Of a stretch of 64,000 nucleotides of DNA, positions 26,840 to 37,673 are shown piece after piece. Within the stretch, counting starts at the first letter, position 1; every line of letters starts with the position of its first letter. The position numbers were made by a program, and so were the translations under genes. The stretch lies in assembly GCA_010405405.1 (NCBI GenBank), contig MU004235.1, forward strand, positions 572,538-636,537. The letters run 5' to 3'. The notes beneath the pieces were generated by a model, which did not search any database, was not told the origin of the DNA, and worked only from the letters and a program-made list of their open reading frames with translations. This DNA comes from Microthyrium microscopicum. Lineage: Eukaryota.

Positions 26840-27553
26840 ATGTCTAGTTCAAAAGAACAGCTACCCTTGACACCATCAGATTCAGACGTGGCTCAAAAAC
26901 CCTCCACTCAACCACCAAGTCCAAATCTAGCAGCGCATACAGCTCAGCCATCGCCTCCTCCTCGGCCAGCACAACCACCTCGAACAGTGACTCCGTCACC
27001 GCAAGCGCATCCCATACAACCCCCAGGCTCAACTCAGCTTCCGCGTTCAATATCTGCAACACTAACGCCATCGGGTTCTGGAACTGTTACAGTACCTGGA
27101 CGAGATGAAGTTCTTACATTTAACCTATTTTCGCGTAGGAGCTCCAGTATCAATCTCGTGAAAGCAAGACTAACACCACTGGTAGTACCGGCAAGCAGCC
27201 CAGTAGACCCATCTACACCCGGTCTTGACCCTTCTAGCCAGCGAGCCCTTGAGCGCCTAGCAAAGCTAGAGTTCGAATTGGAGGACGTCCAACTCCAGAT
27301 GAACGAAATGGAACACGACTCTCGTGCATCTTACCAATTCCTTCGACGTGAAAGAGCCGAAGTACGGCGGGACATTGAAGCAGCAGCTGAACGTGTCGCG
27401 CAAGCGGTTAGTATGAACTTCCAAGGCATGGATCACTATGTCAAGATCACTCCTCGAGGTCTTGAAGTGCGCTATGTTCTGGACGGAGTGGAACATAACC
27501 GGTTGTATCGGCGTAGAGAGTTTGAGAACCATGATTACCCATGGGATCTTTGA
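26840..27553 (+). CDS. Hypothetical protein (orphan A): Pro/Ser-rich N-terminus, coiled coil, C-terminal VRY..DG..H motif
   Basis: 237-aa ATG ORF, TATAAA upstream, motif shared with two downstream genes. Confidence 0.7.
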   Translation: MSSSKEQLPLTPSDSDVAQKPSTQPPSPNLAAHTAQPSPPPRPAQPPRTVTPSPQAHPIQPPGSTQLPRSISATLTPSGSGTVTVPGRDEVLTFNLFSRRSSSINLVKARLTPLVVPASSPVDPSTPGLDPSSQRALERLAKLEFELEDVQLQMNEMEHDSRASYQFLRRERAEVRRDIEAAAERVAQAVSMNFQGMDHYVKITPRGLEVRYVLDGVEHNRLYRRREFENHDYPWDL

Positions 27554-28500
27554 TGCCAGGTCAATGTTCCAGATTAGATAGCCTGGCTGGTTAGAAACAA
27601 TGAAATATGCTATAAGTGAATTGATTTTCTCTTGACGCGATAACCATAGAATTTCATTCGTCAGCATTACAATGTGAGGTCAAAAAGATCAGTCACTGTC
27701 TTCAGTGATCAGCATCAACTTGTGGCAAAAATCTCAAGAACACTCTGACTACAAAATATTTCAAACGAATTCTTCAGAGCTCTTCTGTTCTACAGGAGCC
27801 TCAGCACTAGCTAACTTTACCATGTAATCAATTATGATTTACTTTCGAGGCTCAGTGCCTACTCAATCCCGTTTTTGTAAAAGTCAATGTCTAAGGGATC
27901 TGAAAAGCACCCGTGAAAACGCAAAGGACAAGAGATAGCTCTGATCAGATTAGTGACATACGCACGTCTTGCTCGAGGAACACGTTTTTTGTGACATATT
28001 CCAACACAACCTTTGCTGAATTGCTTGTTAACGCTGGGCCGCTGGCCTCCTCGCTGTTTGAACCGTCGTCAACGCATCAAGGCACAGACAATATCTCATT
28101 ATCTTAGGTAGGTACCTTTAACACGGTCAAATCCAAATCTGGGATGTTTATTCCAATTCGTAACCTCATCGAAGAGGTTCAGATACCGGCTATTTTAGAA
28201 AGTGACAGCAGCGGCTTGCAAGAATCTTTCCACCTCAACAACGGAGGTAAGATCTTTCACTTTCAATATATTTGCTCAGACTTCACTTATCAAGTTGCAC
28301 AAGTCAATTTTGGATAAGCAATTACCTATGAAAGCTATCTTCTAAGATCCTAAGCTGCTTTGTTCCATAACACAAGCTCCCACCAATTCCATGCACAACA
28401 CTGCGGTCCATTTTTGCCAACATTCACAAAGTCAATAGATTTGGCCGTCTCCTATCTTCAAATCGCCCAAAGAAAACCCCTCTCATTCTCAAAAAACATC

Positions 28501-28863
28501 ATGGGTTTCAACCCCGACGACCCAGTCCATCGCGTCCACGATACCGACCCAAACCGCTTTCGAGCCCTTTTCCATCACTCAGAGACCGTCGTCCACTTCG
28601 ACGACCAGAACATTCTAATTGATGGAACAGAAATTAGCAACAAGGTTGTGGGCCATGCTCATGCCGAAAAAGCGAACGTATGTGTAAGCTACTATCCGAG
28701 CATGGTCTCTTTGAGATACATGTGCGGAGGGCAAGATCATGGTTACTTCTTCCTGAACCCATGCGCTTATATCTCTCAAGACATGGCACAGGGTGATTGG
28801 CAGGTGGAAGTCGCAAGTTCCTCCAGTGCAACGTGTGTGGAAGAAACTCCTGATAGGGTGTGA
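28501..28863 (+). CDS. Hypothetical protein (orphan B), 120 aa, with LRY..GG..H motif
   Basis: ATG at 28501 after an A/C-rich leader. Segment EISNKVVG..VSLRYMCGGQDHGYFF aligns by eye with orphans A and C. Confidence 0.6.
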   Translation: MGFNPDDPVHRVHDTDPNRFRALFHHSETVVHFDDQNILIDGTEISNKVVGHAHAEKANVCVSYYPSMVSLRYMCGGQDHGYFFLNPCAYISQDMAQGDWQVEVASSSSATCVEETPDRV

Positions 28864-29187
28864 TATCAGATCTCAGTGTGGATGCTGTCCATCAGGAGTA
28901 GGATCTTCTAGGTGACTATGATTACATGATACCCAGGTATCGAACGGTCATTGATCTAGAATGGAAGAGTGTCATGATGTTATGTGGTTCTCGTGAACCA
29001 TTGCGCTCAGAATATCAGCGACCAGTTATTGACAAATATATTCCATTCACTCTTATACAAACGAACCAAAAATTCAGTGGCGTTTAAATTCGTCTTTATC
29101 TAGCTTGCAATACAGATGTTCAGCCTATTCCATGCGTATACAAAGCCAAACCAAAAGATCTGTGAGTCGTTCGAACCAGTTTCAAAC

Positions 29188-30369
29188 ATGGGAAACGAAT
29201 CTTCCACATTGCGCAGACGCTTTGGAGAAGATAGCACTATTCCAGTTGGACTTGTAAACCCATCTCCTCTACCGAATCGACGACCTGTTTCCGAAGCCGA
29301 AGATACAATCCCAAGACGTAGAGACATCTCTGATGTACCAAGGCGAAGACGCAATGGAAATCCGGACCTCCTCCGCGCTTTACTAAACCGAAGGCGGGCA
29401 TTACGATCTGAGAATACGTCTTCGACGCAACAGGAGCCTACTCATCAGGAATCCCCTAGGCACGAGCATAGTGCAGAGTCTGAGGCTACACGCGTGTTCG
29501 GGCTTGCTCCTGACGATGATGCACCATTCCTCAGACCCGAAATGGAAATCAGCAACGAAGGAGTTAATCCTGCGCACCGCAGACGCTACGAGGAAGATTT
29601 CAGTGATGTACACCGGCGAATACAACGACTAGTTGTCTCGATGAGTACTCCCACAGTACGACTTCATAGTTCTGGTCGAGTGCACGCGATGGGGCACTGG
29701 TATGAACCAGATGATCCACGAATACGGTATTGGAAACTTTGTATATCATTCAAAAGCTCTGAAAAAGAAAGTATCTAAAGCGCGATAGGCCGCCGCTACT
29801 GGGAATTCCCCGACGAAGATCGCGAAGAATTCGTTTATGGTATGCCATCAACCCCATAACACCCAACCAAATCTAATGTCCAATTAGGCCGTCGCAGAAC
29901 CGCTCCTAACCTAACAGAGAACGACGCAACCTTCCCACTGACTGACAGCATAACAAGAAACTACTGGTTACTGCATGGTTTCGAACAAGGCCATTTAACC
30001 ATGACAAACATGCTATTAGCATGTATTCCTCAACAGCAACAAGCTGAGCGCAACGTAAATGCCGCCGTAGACAGAAGCGCCGCTGCTCACGTTATACTCC
30101 CGTTGATAGCAGAAGTCTACATACGTGACATTCAGATAGGGGCAGCCTTTGATTGCCAGCACGAGATGGAAGATTTCATGAAGTCCGCGTGTGAGGAATT
30201 CGATATGGAGATATCGCGAGCCACGAATGGTAAGATACCAGAGGAGTCCATTGTGAACATAGACATGGAAGTGACGGGAGGAATGCATGTGAGGTATAAA
30301 GTTGATGGTCAAGTGTTCCATGCGTACTTTGGAAACACTGAAGCGCCGAAGCCAGCTACTGGCCCTTGA
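29188..30369 (+). CDS. Hypothetical protein (orphan C), MGNESS myristoylation-like start; predicted introns 29741-29788, 29840-29887
   Basis: Two 48-nt GT..CTAA..AG introns join ORFs 29116 and 30001 in frame. C-terminal GMHVRYKVDGQVFHAYF motif. Confidence 0.6.
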
Positions 30370-30663
30370 CATCTCAATGCAACGAGTTGAGGAGCGTAAC
30401 TATATTTGCTCTGGAAAGCTACAAATCGGGATTTGGGTTTTCCTCGTACAATTGATCAAAAGAACAATGTGAAATCCATTCCCATGCTCTTCAACAAAGA
30501 GCCATCATGGGATTGAGAGCACTCGATGTTGTATGGACGTTTGCTATAAGAGATAATGATCTTACTATAATGACTTTTTGAAAACCAGTCTCGCCAGACG
30601 CTTTACCATTTTTCAATGCCTTGCTATTGATCCACGGCCCTCATGAGATTTCTTTGGCGGCCT

Positions 30664-32459
30664 CTAGCATACGGAGCGATGAACGCCGCCCGTCATATCA
30701 CTGTTGTTCTTTTCCTTTCCATCATCGCCTCCCTGGTTTGACTTTGACTTCGTCGAGCTTCCCTTCTTGGGGAACGGGTTCCAGGACGCGATATCAAAAT
30801 CGTCCTCGATCTCAATCAAGCTCTCCGTGACCTGGGCGAGATCACTGATCAGTTTGTCCATGAGGTCAAGAGCCATCGATTCGCGGACTACAACACGAAG
30901 AATCTCAATGCTCTCGCCATCTGGTGGAAGAGGATAGTCTATGGTCAAGTTAGTGATATTCCAATTGATGGTCACAGATGGGTGAAGACTCACTTGGAAT
31001 GATATATCCCTTCATACGCATCATCTTGCTCACAGCTTCCTGTCCGATACGTGGATGCTCTTTTTTGAAGTTATCGGTGAAGCGGAACGCCACAACGGGC
31101 AACCCAGCGTTGTATGCCTCGCTTGTTTCGCTGTCTTCGCAAGGACCTTGGCCTTCGACGAATTTGTAGTCGCCCTTTTTGCGATGAATATCGCTCACGC
31201 ACTGATACCAGCCGGTAGCTTCCAAAGTATTGCTGAGCAGACGGGCGTTAGATAGAACATGCTCCATGATTTCTTGGTAGCCTTTGTAGCCGAGATGAAC
31301 CAAGTTGTAGTATTGACCAATGATTTGAGCTCCAGGACGTGAGAAGTTGAGTGTAAATGACTCTTCTGTGCCGCCGAGGTAATGTAGCTCGAAAATCAAG
31401 TGCTTTGGTAGATATTTCTCGTCGCGCCAGACGATCCATCCAACACCAGCATAGACGAGACCGAATTTGTGGCCAGAAACGTTGATACTATGGACACGAG
31501 GAAGTTCAAAGTTCCAAGGAACGCCAGCATGTGCGTGAGTAAATGGGGCCACAAAACCACCGCTGGCAGCATCCACATGAATTGGAATGTAATTGCCAGA
31601 TTTCTCTTCGTACTCGTCCAAGACTTTGGACACCGCCTCGACGTCTTCGTACACACCAGTGTAAGTAGAGCCAAGAATGACAAAGACACCAATGGTGTTT
31701 TCGTCAACATTCTCGCGTACAGTTTCAGGATCCAAGACCCATCGACTCTTTTCGCTGACGGGGAGAATGCGTGCCTCAACATCGAAATAACGTGCAAACT
31801 TTTCCAGAGCAACTTGAGCATTGGCACCCATGAGGATGTTTGGCTTTGAGATGTCCTTGCCAGCGGCTTGTCTCTTTTCTTTCCATAACTGCTTCATAGC
31901 AAGTCCTCCGAGATGAATTGCTTCTGAAGAGCCAGTAGTGGCTGAACCAATGGCCTGTTCTCCTTTTTGAACTCCCCACATGTGGGCAATCATGCTGATG
32001 CAACGCGAATGAATGTCCATCATGGCAGGATACTCATCGGCATCAGACATGTTTTTTGATAGATTCTCTACCATCAATTGCTCGGCCTTTCCTACAATCA
32101 GCATAAGTTTTGTGCGGAAGTCCACGAAGAATATACCTCTTTCTCCATATAAGTTCCGACGAAGCTTGCAAGGTTGAGATTGGGTCTGCCATCAAGGTCG
32201 AGCTCATCACGAATCATCTGGGCCACAGCTCCCGCAGGGGCACCCTCCTTGGGTAGCTTGTGTTTGGCGAGCTCTGTGACGGAGTATTTGTTGGAGTATG
32301 GGGTCAAAGATGACTCCGCAAGCTTGTATGTGTGCTTTCCAGGAGCACTATGAGCACTTTCTTGGAGCTTCTGGACCAGCGCTTCTGGGTCGACCTATGC
32401 GAATTAGCAATTGAAATAGCCTAGGGGTTTCTTTTCCATACATGTCGAGCGAGAGGCAT
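30664..32459 (-). CDS. GAD1: Glutamate decarboxylase (PLP-dependent); introns 32441-32395, 32136-32087, 30993-30939
   Basis: LDGRPNLNLASFVGTYME, ATTGSSEAI, IHVDAASGGF, SINVSGHKFGL (PLP lysine), FTLNFSRPG. Confidence 0.93.
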
Positions 32460-33029
32460 GATGAGAGCTGGGAGAAAAGGGTTCTTCTTGTATGTGTATG
32501 TCTGTTCTGTACGCTGAAGCTGGGAATAGGCCAAGAAGATGTTTCAGTGCAATTGAAGATTGAGTGAGTTTTTGAAGCAAAGAGACGAAAACAAAGTGGG
32601 CTTGACCGATTATTTAAAAGCTTAAGAGCTACGCTGTTGTTGGTGTCCAGCTCCAAGGCAAAGTAAAACATTACATCATCGTCATTGACCACCCCACTTA
32701 TCGAGCGAATGCTTTTTATTGTCCGTGTTGCCTGGAAGGTCTCAAAATTAGTTCCATGAGGACCAGCTTGCTTTGTTATGATTTTAGACACTTTATATTC
32801 CAACAAAGATTTGTGTCATCAGTCGATATTGAATGCCCAGAGAAATTTCAGCCTTCTCATCAGCCTTGTCAGCTCAAGATCAGCCCGCCAAGAAACGCTA
32901 AACTTTTAGGGCCTTGGCATGCGCGGTTCTTCCCAGTTTTCGCGTGCTCTTCACTCTTTCTTTCCTACTTTAGTTCCTCCATCATGAGGGATTCAGTGGG
33001 ATTAGGTGTTCTGCCACACTACATTCACC

Positions 33030-33400
33030 CCTTAGTTTAGATTACGCTATGACAACGCTATTAAAACGTTTGACAAATGCTTTATAATTTTACGTGTTTC
33101 CCTCTTAGTTTAATTAATAAGCCGTCGCAGTGGTCGTACTTTGTTAAGTAATGAAAGATTAGGAACCTATATTTATAAGTAAGATTACGAACCCTAAATT
33201 CTAAAGGGAGAGGGACTAAGCGTTCTTGAAGATAAGCTCTTTAAGCCTAGGATAGATATAAAATTTCTTTAGAGCGAGCTTGTGAGCGTAAGAGTTACGA
33301 TTAAAGAGAGGATAAGAATAATAGAGGAGGATAGGTGACCTTTGCTTACTTAAACGCGTAAAGAACCCTTTGGACTTAGTGTTAAGGGGGCTAAGACCAT
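33030..33400. repeat. AT/TpA-rich relic, probably a RIP-mutated repeat fragment
   Basis: Abrupt excess of TA, TAA and TAG with few CA/TG, similar to the MULE interior. Boundaries are approximate. Confidence 0.45.
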
Positions 33401-33774
33401 AATTTTGCGCCACTTTGGCGTAACCCCTGAGCTCAGGTATATACCCATCCATCATGTACCTGGTAGTGCAAATGCATGTTCTCCGTAAGGCGTATACTAT
33501 ACGATTGACCTGACCCCCAAGTACGGTTCCCATACATAAAACATGGCTTCTAGTGCCTTAGTATCCGGTCAACTCCAATTGCTCCTTACGATAAGCTGGT
33601 GTCATTTCAGAAGCAGCCTAGCAGGCAACCCCCAAAACGGTTTCGGCTTCGACATCGAATTTACCGCAGTAACCAGATTTCTAGATATATCCAACTTTGA
33701 GAATTGCTAGCTTGTCTACGTACAGTACCTTCGTCCACAGCAACCCCTGCCCTTGGTCAAACAGTTGAAAGAGC

Positions 33775-34482
33775 ATGGAAAAACCACAGATCAAAGCCGT
33801 CTTCTTTGACTTCATGGGGACATGCCTCGACTGGCACAACGGCACCATCAAAGCGCTACCACAAGCCATTCCTGAGAGCGAGCGCTCCAAACTAGCCTTG
33901 GAGTGGCGTCAGGACTACTTTGATTCCAACGCCGCACGTCTAGCTGCAAAAGAGCCCCCAGAAAACATCGACATAACCATGCGAAACACCCTAGATGCTC
34001 TCCTGGAGAAACACACAGCTCATAAACCACTTTTTGGCGAGCAAACAAAGCAGCAGTGTGTAGGAGCATGGCACTCGATGCCCGCCTGGCCCGAAGTACG
34101 CCAAGCCATCGAAGATGTAAAGGCCGCCGGCTACGAAGTATTTGTGTACGCGAATGGTACTACGCGACTCCAGCTCGATCTTTGCAAATCTTCAGGGCTA
34201 TCGTTCAATATGTTGTTCTCGAGTGAGCTCTTGGGTGTATACAAGCCTGCTCCAGAGAGCTACACGAAGGTTTTGGACTTGGTCAGTGTGAAGCCGGAGG
34301 AGACTGTAATGGTGGCTGCCCACGCATATGACACCAGAGGTGGAATGAAGGCTGGTATGAGGACTGTTTATATCCACAGGTGGACGGACGATATCAACGA
34401 AGATATGGAGGTTGTCAAAAAAGAACATGATTTCTTCCTGGAAGACATGACTGGCCTAGTTGAGGTTATCAACCAGTTCTAG
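33775..34482 (+). CDS. HAD-superfamily hydrolase, 2-haloacid dehalogenase type II-like, intronless
   Basis: FFDFMGTCLDW (motif I), YANG, YKPAPESY, MVAAHAYD..G. Confidence 0.88.
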   Translation: MEKPQIKAVFFDFMGTCLDWHNGTIKALPQAIPESERSKLALEWRQDYFDSNAARLAAKEPPENIDITMRNTLDALLEKHTAHKPLFGEQTKQQCVGAWHSMPAWPEVRQAIEDVKAAGYEVFVYANGTTRLQLDLCKSSGLSFNMLFSSELLGVYKPAPESYTKVLDLVSVKPEETVMVAAHAYDTRGGMKAGMRTVYIHRWTDDINEDMEVVKKEHDFFLEDMTGLVEVINQF

Positions 34483-34956
34483 ATTCACCGATCCAGCAAA
34501 AGTCGTTGAGAAAGTATCCCTGCAAGATCAATGTGGTCTAGCCGCAAAACACCCTCGTAAGATCTCGCCGCACGAAATTCTTGTTTGGAAGGTCGCAGCG
34601 AAGTCTCTATGATATAGATCATGAATAAAGTCATCAAACTGTCTTGTCGCATCCTACAGCGATCATACCATCACACTTGCGAAAGTCGACAGCTACGTTC
34701 AGCCGGCCTAGAAATTCTTGTGAGTCCAGGCAAGACGTGAAGTTGGAGTTGAGTTCAAGCTGGGCACAGCGCGGTCCCATTTATCTTGTTGCGAGAAGCA
34801 TATTTTTAGCCAATAAGCAGGTATGAAACCCTGCTCAGTAAGATATCAATTCGTCTGCCTTGCTCCATATATAAAATAGCTTCGATCTTCTTACGTCCAA
34901 CCTGCTCTTTGGATTTCTTTGCCTATCTTCGAGCGAGAGCCTCCTCACGCTAAATA

Positions 34957-35684
34957 ATGCCGCGGCCAAATCTTCCTGCGCTGGATTTCAGCGTTGTTCA
35001 ACGTACGCCAACAACAACGCAATACCTGCCCACACATGGTGGAACAGCCTTCTGGGGGTGGGTCATTTAGCGCACAGTGTACACTCCGGAGTTCAAACAG
35101 CATTGGGACAGCGTACTGAAGAACATAGACAAGCTGATGCTTGCAGACTTCGAATACGCTCATTTCGGTGAAGAGCCCGGCGCAGTGAACGTTGCTCGAG
35201 ACCAGTATCGTAACTTCGTGCTAGAGGATGAGGAGAAATACAACAACGCGACCCCGAAAACCTTGAAATTCATTTCCGGGACTGGACTGCCAGCGTTCTA
35301 GAAATTGAAGACCATGGATATCGCTCGGCAAGTTGGAAAGCGTTTTTAGTCCTCGACGCAAAAGCATTTGCAAATATCCACAATGCGGTGCTTCGTGACA
35401 GGGAAATGATGCTCACGGCGAAATCGGAAGATCTCCTATAAGGAATTATTGCTGTATCACGGCAGCCAGACGGGGACCATTATGAATTTGACTATGAAAC
35501 CGGGGAGGAACACTGGTAAGATGAGGAGGAACCCGACTTTGAACATACTCGGCATGCGCCATCGTGGCCAGGGCAATTTTCGGTCTCAATATTTGCTCTT
35601 TATCGCTTTTGGCAGGAACTTACAGGGTATGAGATCGACATGGAAGAGTATGTCATCGCATTTACGAATATAGACCACGGCTGA
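34957..35684 (+). pseudogene. Disrupted fungal hypothetical gene
   Basis: Reads MPRPNLP..WGWVI*RTVYTPEF..NNATP, then a 1-nt frameshift near 35252 to ENLEIHFRDW..FLVLDAKA, with two further in-frame TAA stops. TATATAAA upstream near 34868. Confidence 0.6.
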
Positions 35685-36041
35685 TTCACACTTTACAGTT
35701 TATACAGAACCAAATCTCGCTTTCAGGAAGGAATGTGGACGGACGCTCGCTACTAATTTGGCTACCTAGTTTTATCCCAGCCGATTACCAAGTTACGTAT
35801 GACGGCTTTGATATACCGTCATTGACGAAGACAAAATAGTGTTAACTGCTGTTTTCGAGGTCTAGGAGTCTGAATATGAAAGCTCGCTCAACCTCAGATA
35901 TAATTGTCGTACAGATCTCAGCAAGCAAAAGTTTTGGAATGCATGCAATCTCTTCAATTTGAATTGTGAACATGATGGCCTCGCTTCTATGCTCTCGAGG
36001 TCCTTGATATATCTCGTCAGCTTGAACGACTTTCAATGTGT

Positions 36042-37385
36042 TCACGTGGGAGGTCGAGAAATCCAGCCTTTTGCGCCTCCCCATGTTCCTTTCACCATCG
36101 ACTTGTAGTAAACCCACGGGAAGAAATCCTTTTTCAGATAGTAGAAAGCACGTCGTGGCGTTCCTTGGTCAATGCCCAACATGCTGAAAGTTTCCTTTGG
36201 TTCCCCTCCATACTTGAACTCTGCAAGCATGAGTTTGCCATACTCAGTAGGAATTGGGCAAGACGTGTAGCCATCATAGATGGCGGTTGGATCTTTGCCT
36301 TCCATGGCCTGTAATAAGTTGTGCACCATGACAGGTGTTTCTGCGGTAATTGCTGCAGCAGTCTTTGAGGTTGGCAGGCTGGAGGCATCGCCTATTGACC
36401 ATATATTCGGATATTTCTTGTGGCGGGTTGTAGATTCGTCGACATCAACCAGTCCGGCTTCGTTGGCAAGCTCGCTGTTTTCAACAAAGGCATGGGGACC
36501 CATTTTCGGTACAACGTGCAAAAAGTCGAAATGTTTCTGGACCTTCTCCTTAGTGTCGAGACGGATAAAAGTCGCAGTGTTGCCTTCAATAGCGGAAAGG
36601 TCATGCTGGAAGAGTCCTTCCACACCTCGTTCTTCGCGAAGTTTCTCAAGGCGCTTGCTGTATTTGGGCGCGCCGAACATAGTGGGGAGAGCAGTGGCAA
36701 AACTGATCCCTATCGGAGACTGAGGATCGCGTGCTTTGTATGTCCCGATCGTTTTCCAGTGATCTAATGCTAGCCACATGATCTTCTGAGGTGCGCCAGC
36801 GCATTTGACGATTCCAGAGGGCTGTGTAAATATTGCTTTTCCTTTGTCGAATTTCTTCATATTCTGGAAAACCTTTTCGCAAGTTTCGTAGCCATAGATG
36901 GAGGACACCATGGCATCAGGATTATCAAGAGATTCTGGGAGCCCTTTAATGCTACCATAGTTAATGCCAATGCCAGGGCATACGATTAGTTGCTCGTAGG
37001 AAATCTTGTCGCCATTTTTGAGGGTGATATGGTTGTCTTTGGGAGAGAAGCTTTCCACGCTACTGTCATAGTATTTGAGATCTGAGGCGATCAACGATTG
37101 TGTCGGTCGTCGGAGTTCTTCTTTCGTTTTTAAGCCAGCACCGACTAAAGTCCAACCAGGTTGATAATGATGCCAATTTGAAGGATCGACGATTGCAATG
37201 TCGTTTGGCTTAAATTTACCGGATCGCAAAAGCTGATGGCTGGCGTTCAAGCCGGCGCTGCCGGCACCGATCACAACGATTTTATGATTTTGGCCGGTCA
37301 AAACTGCTGACCCCACAGTTGCGAGGTTTCTGATACTGTTTGATTTTACTGTATTCAAGAATGACATGGAGGGAAGGCGAATCAT
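36042..37385 (-). CDS. Sulfide:quinone oxidoreductase (type II, SQOR/Hmt2-like), intronless, probably mitochondrial
   Basis: FAD-binding VVIGAGSAG, HYQPGWTLVGAG, catalytic cysteine motifs KCAGAPQK and YDGYTSCP, LAEF. Basic, Ser-rich presequence. Confidence 0.93.
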   Translation of the reverse strand: MIRLPSMSFLNTVKSNSIRNLATVGSAVLTGQNHKIVVIGAGSAGLNASHQLLRSGKFKPNDIAIVDPSNWHHYQPGWTLVGAGLKTKEELRRPTQSLIASDLKYYDSSVESFSPKDNHITLKNGDKISYEQLIVCPGIGINYGSIKGLPESLDNPDAMVSSIYGYETCEKVFQNMKKFDKGKAIFTQPSGIVKCAGAPQKIMWLALDHWKTIGTYKARDPQSPIGISFATALPTMFGAPKYSKRLEKLREERGVEGLFQHDLSAIEGNTATFIRLDTKEKVQKHFDFLHVVPKMGPHAFVENSELANEAGLVDVDESTTRHKKYPNIWSIGDASSLPTSKTAAAITAETPVMVHNLLQAMEGKDPTAIYDGYTSCPIPTEYGKLMLAEFKYGGEPKETFSMLGIDQGTPRRAFYYLKKDFFPWVYYKSMVKGTWGGAKGWISRPPT

Positions 37386-37673
37386 CTTTGCTGGCAACAA
37401 CTTTGACGGAGGATATTCCTCATTTTAAGGTTTTCTTGAAGCGAGAGTGAGCGATAGGGAAAAGTGTCAGGGTGTGTGGAGAGACGGGAGTGACGGGTTT
37501 CAAGGGTATGAAAGATCTGACTGATAAACCCTGAAGGCTGATTGAGGTCGCCGAAGGGGCATGCCTCTACAGAAAAAGGGTAGCACTAGAGTCTCCTCTA
37601 GAATAATAGGTAAATAACTTAACTGCTTCCTCAATAATCATTCTTCCACATACACAACCAATCCACATTCACA

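Noticed and set aside
33007..33543. Solo LTR (TGTT...AACA)
   Set aside because: Flanks TTAGG and TGGCT are not a target-site duplication. Kept only as a low-confidence relic.
35068..35070. Premature TAG repaired by A-to-I editing
   Set aside because: A frameshift and two more stops follow, so editing one codon would not restore the gene.
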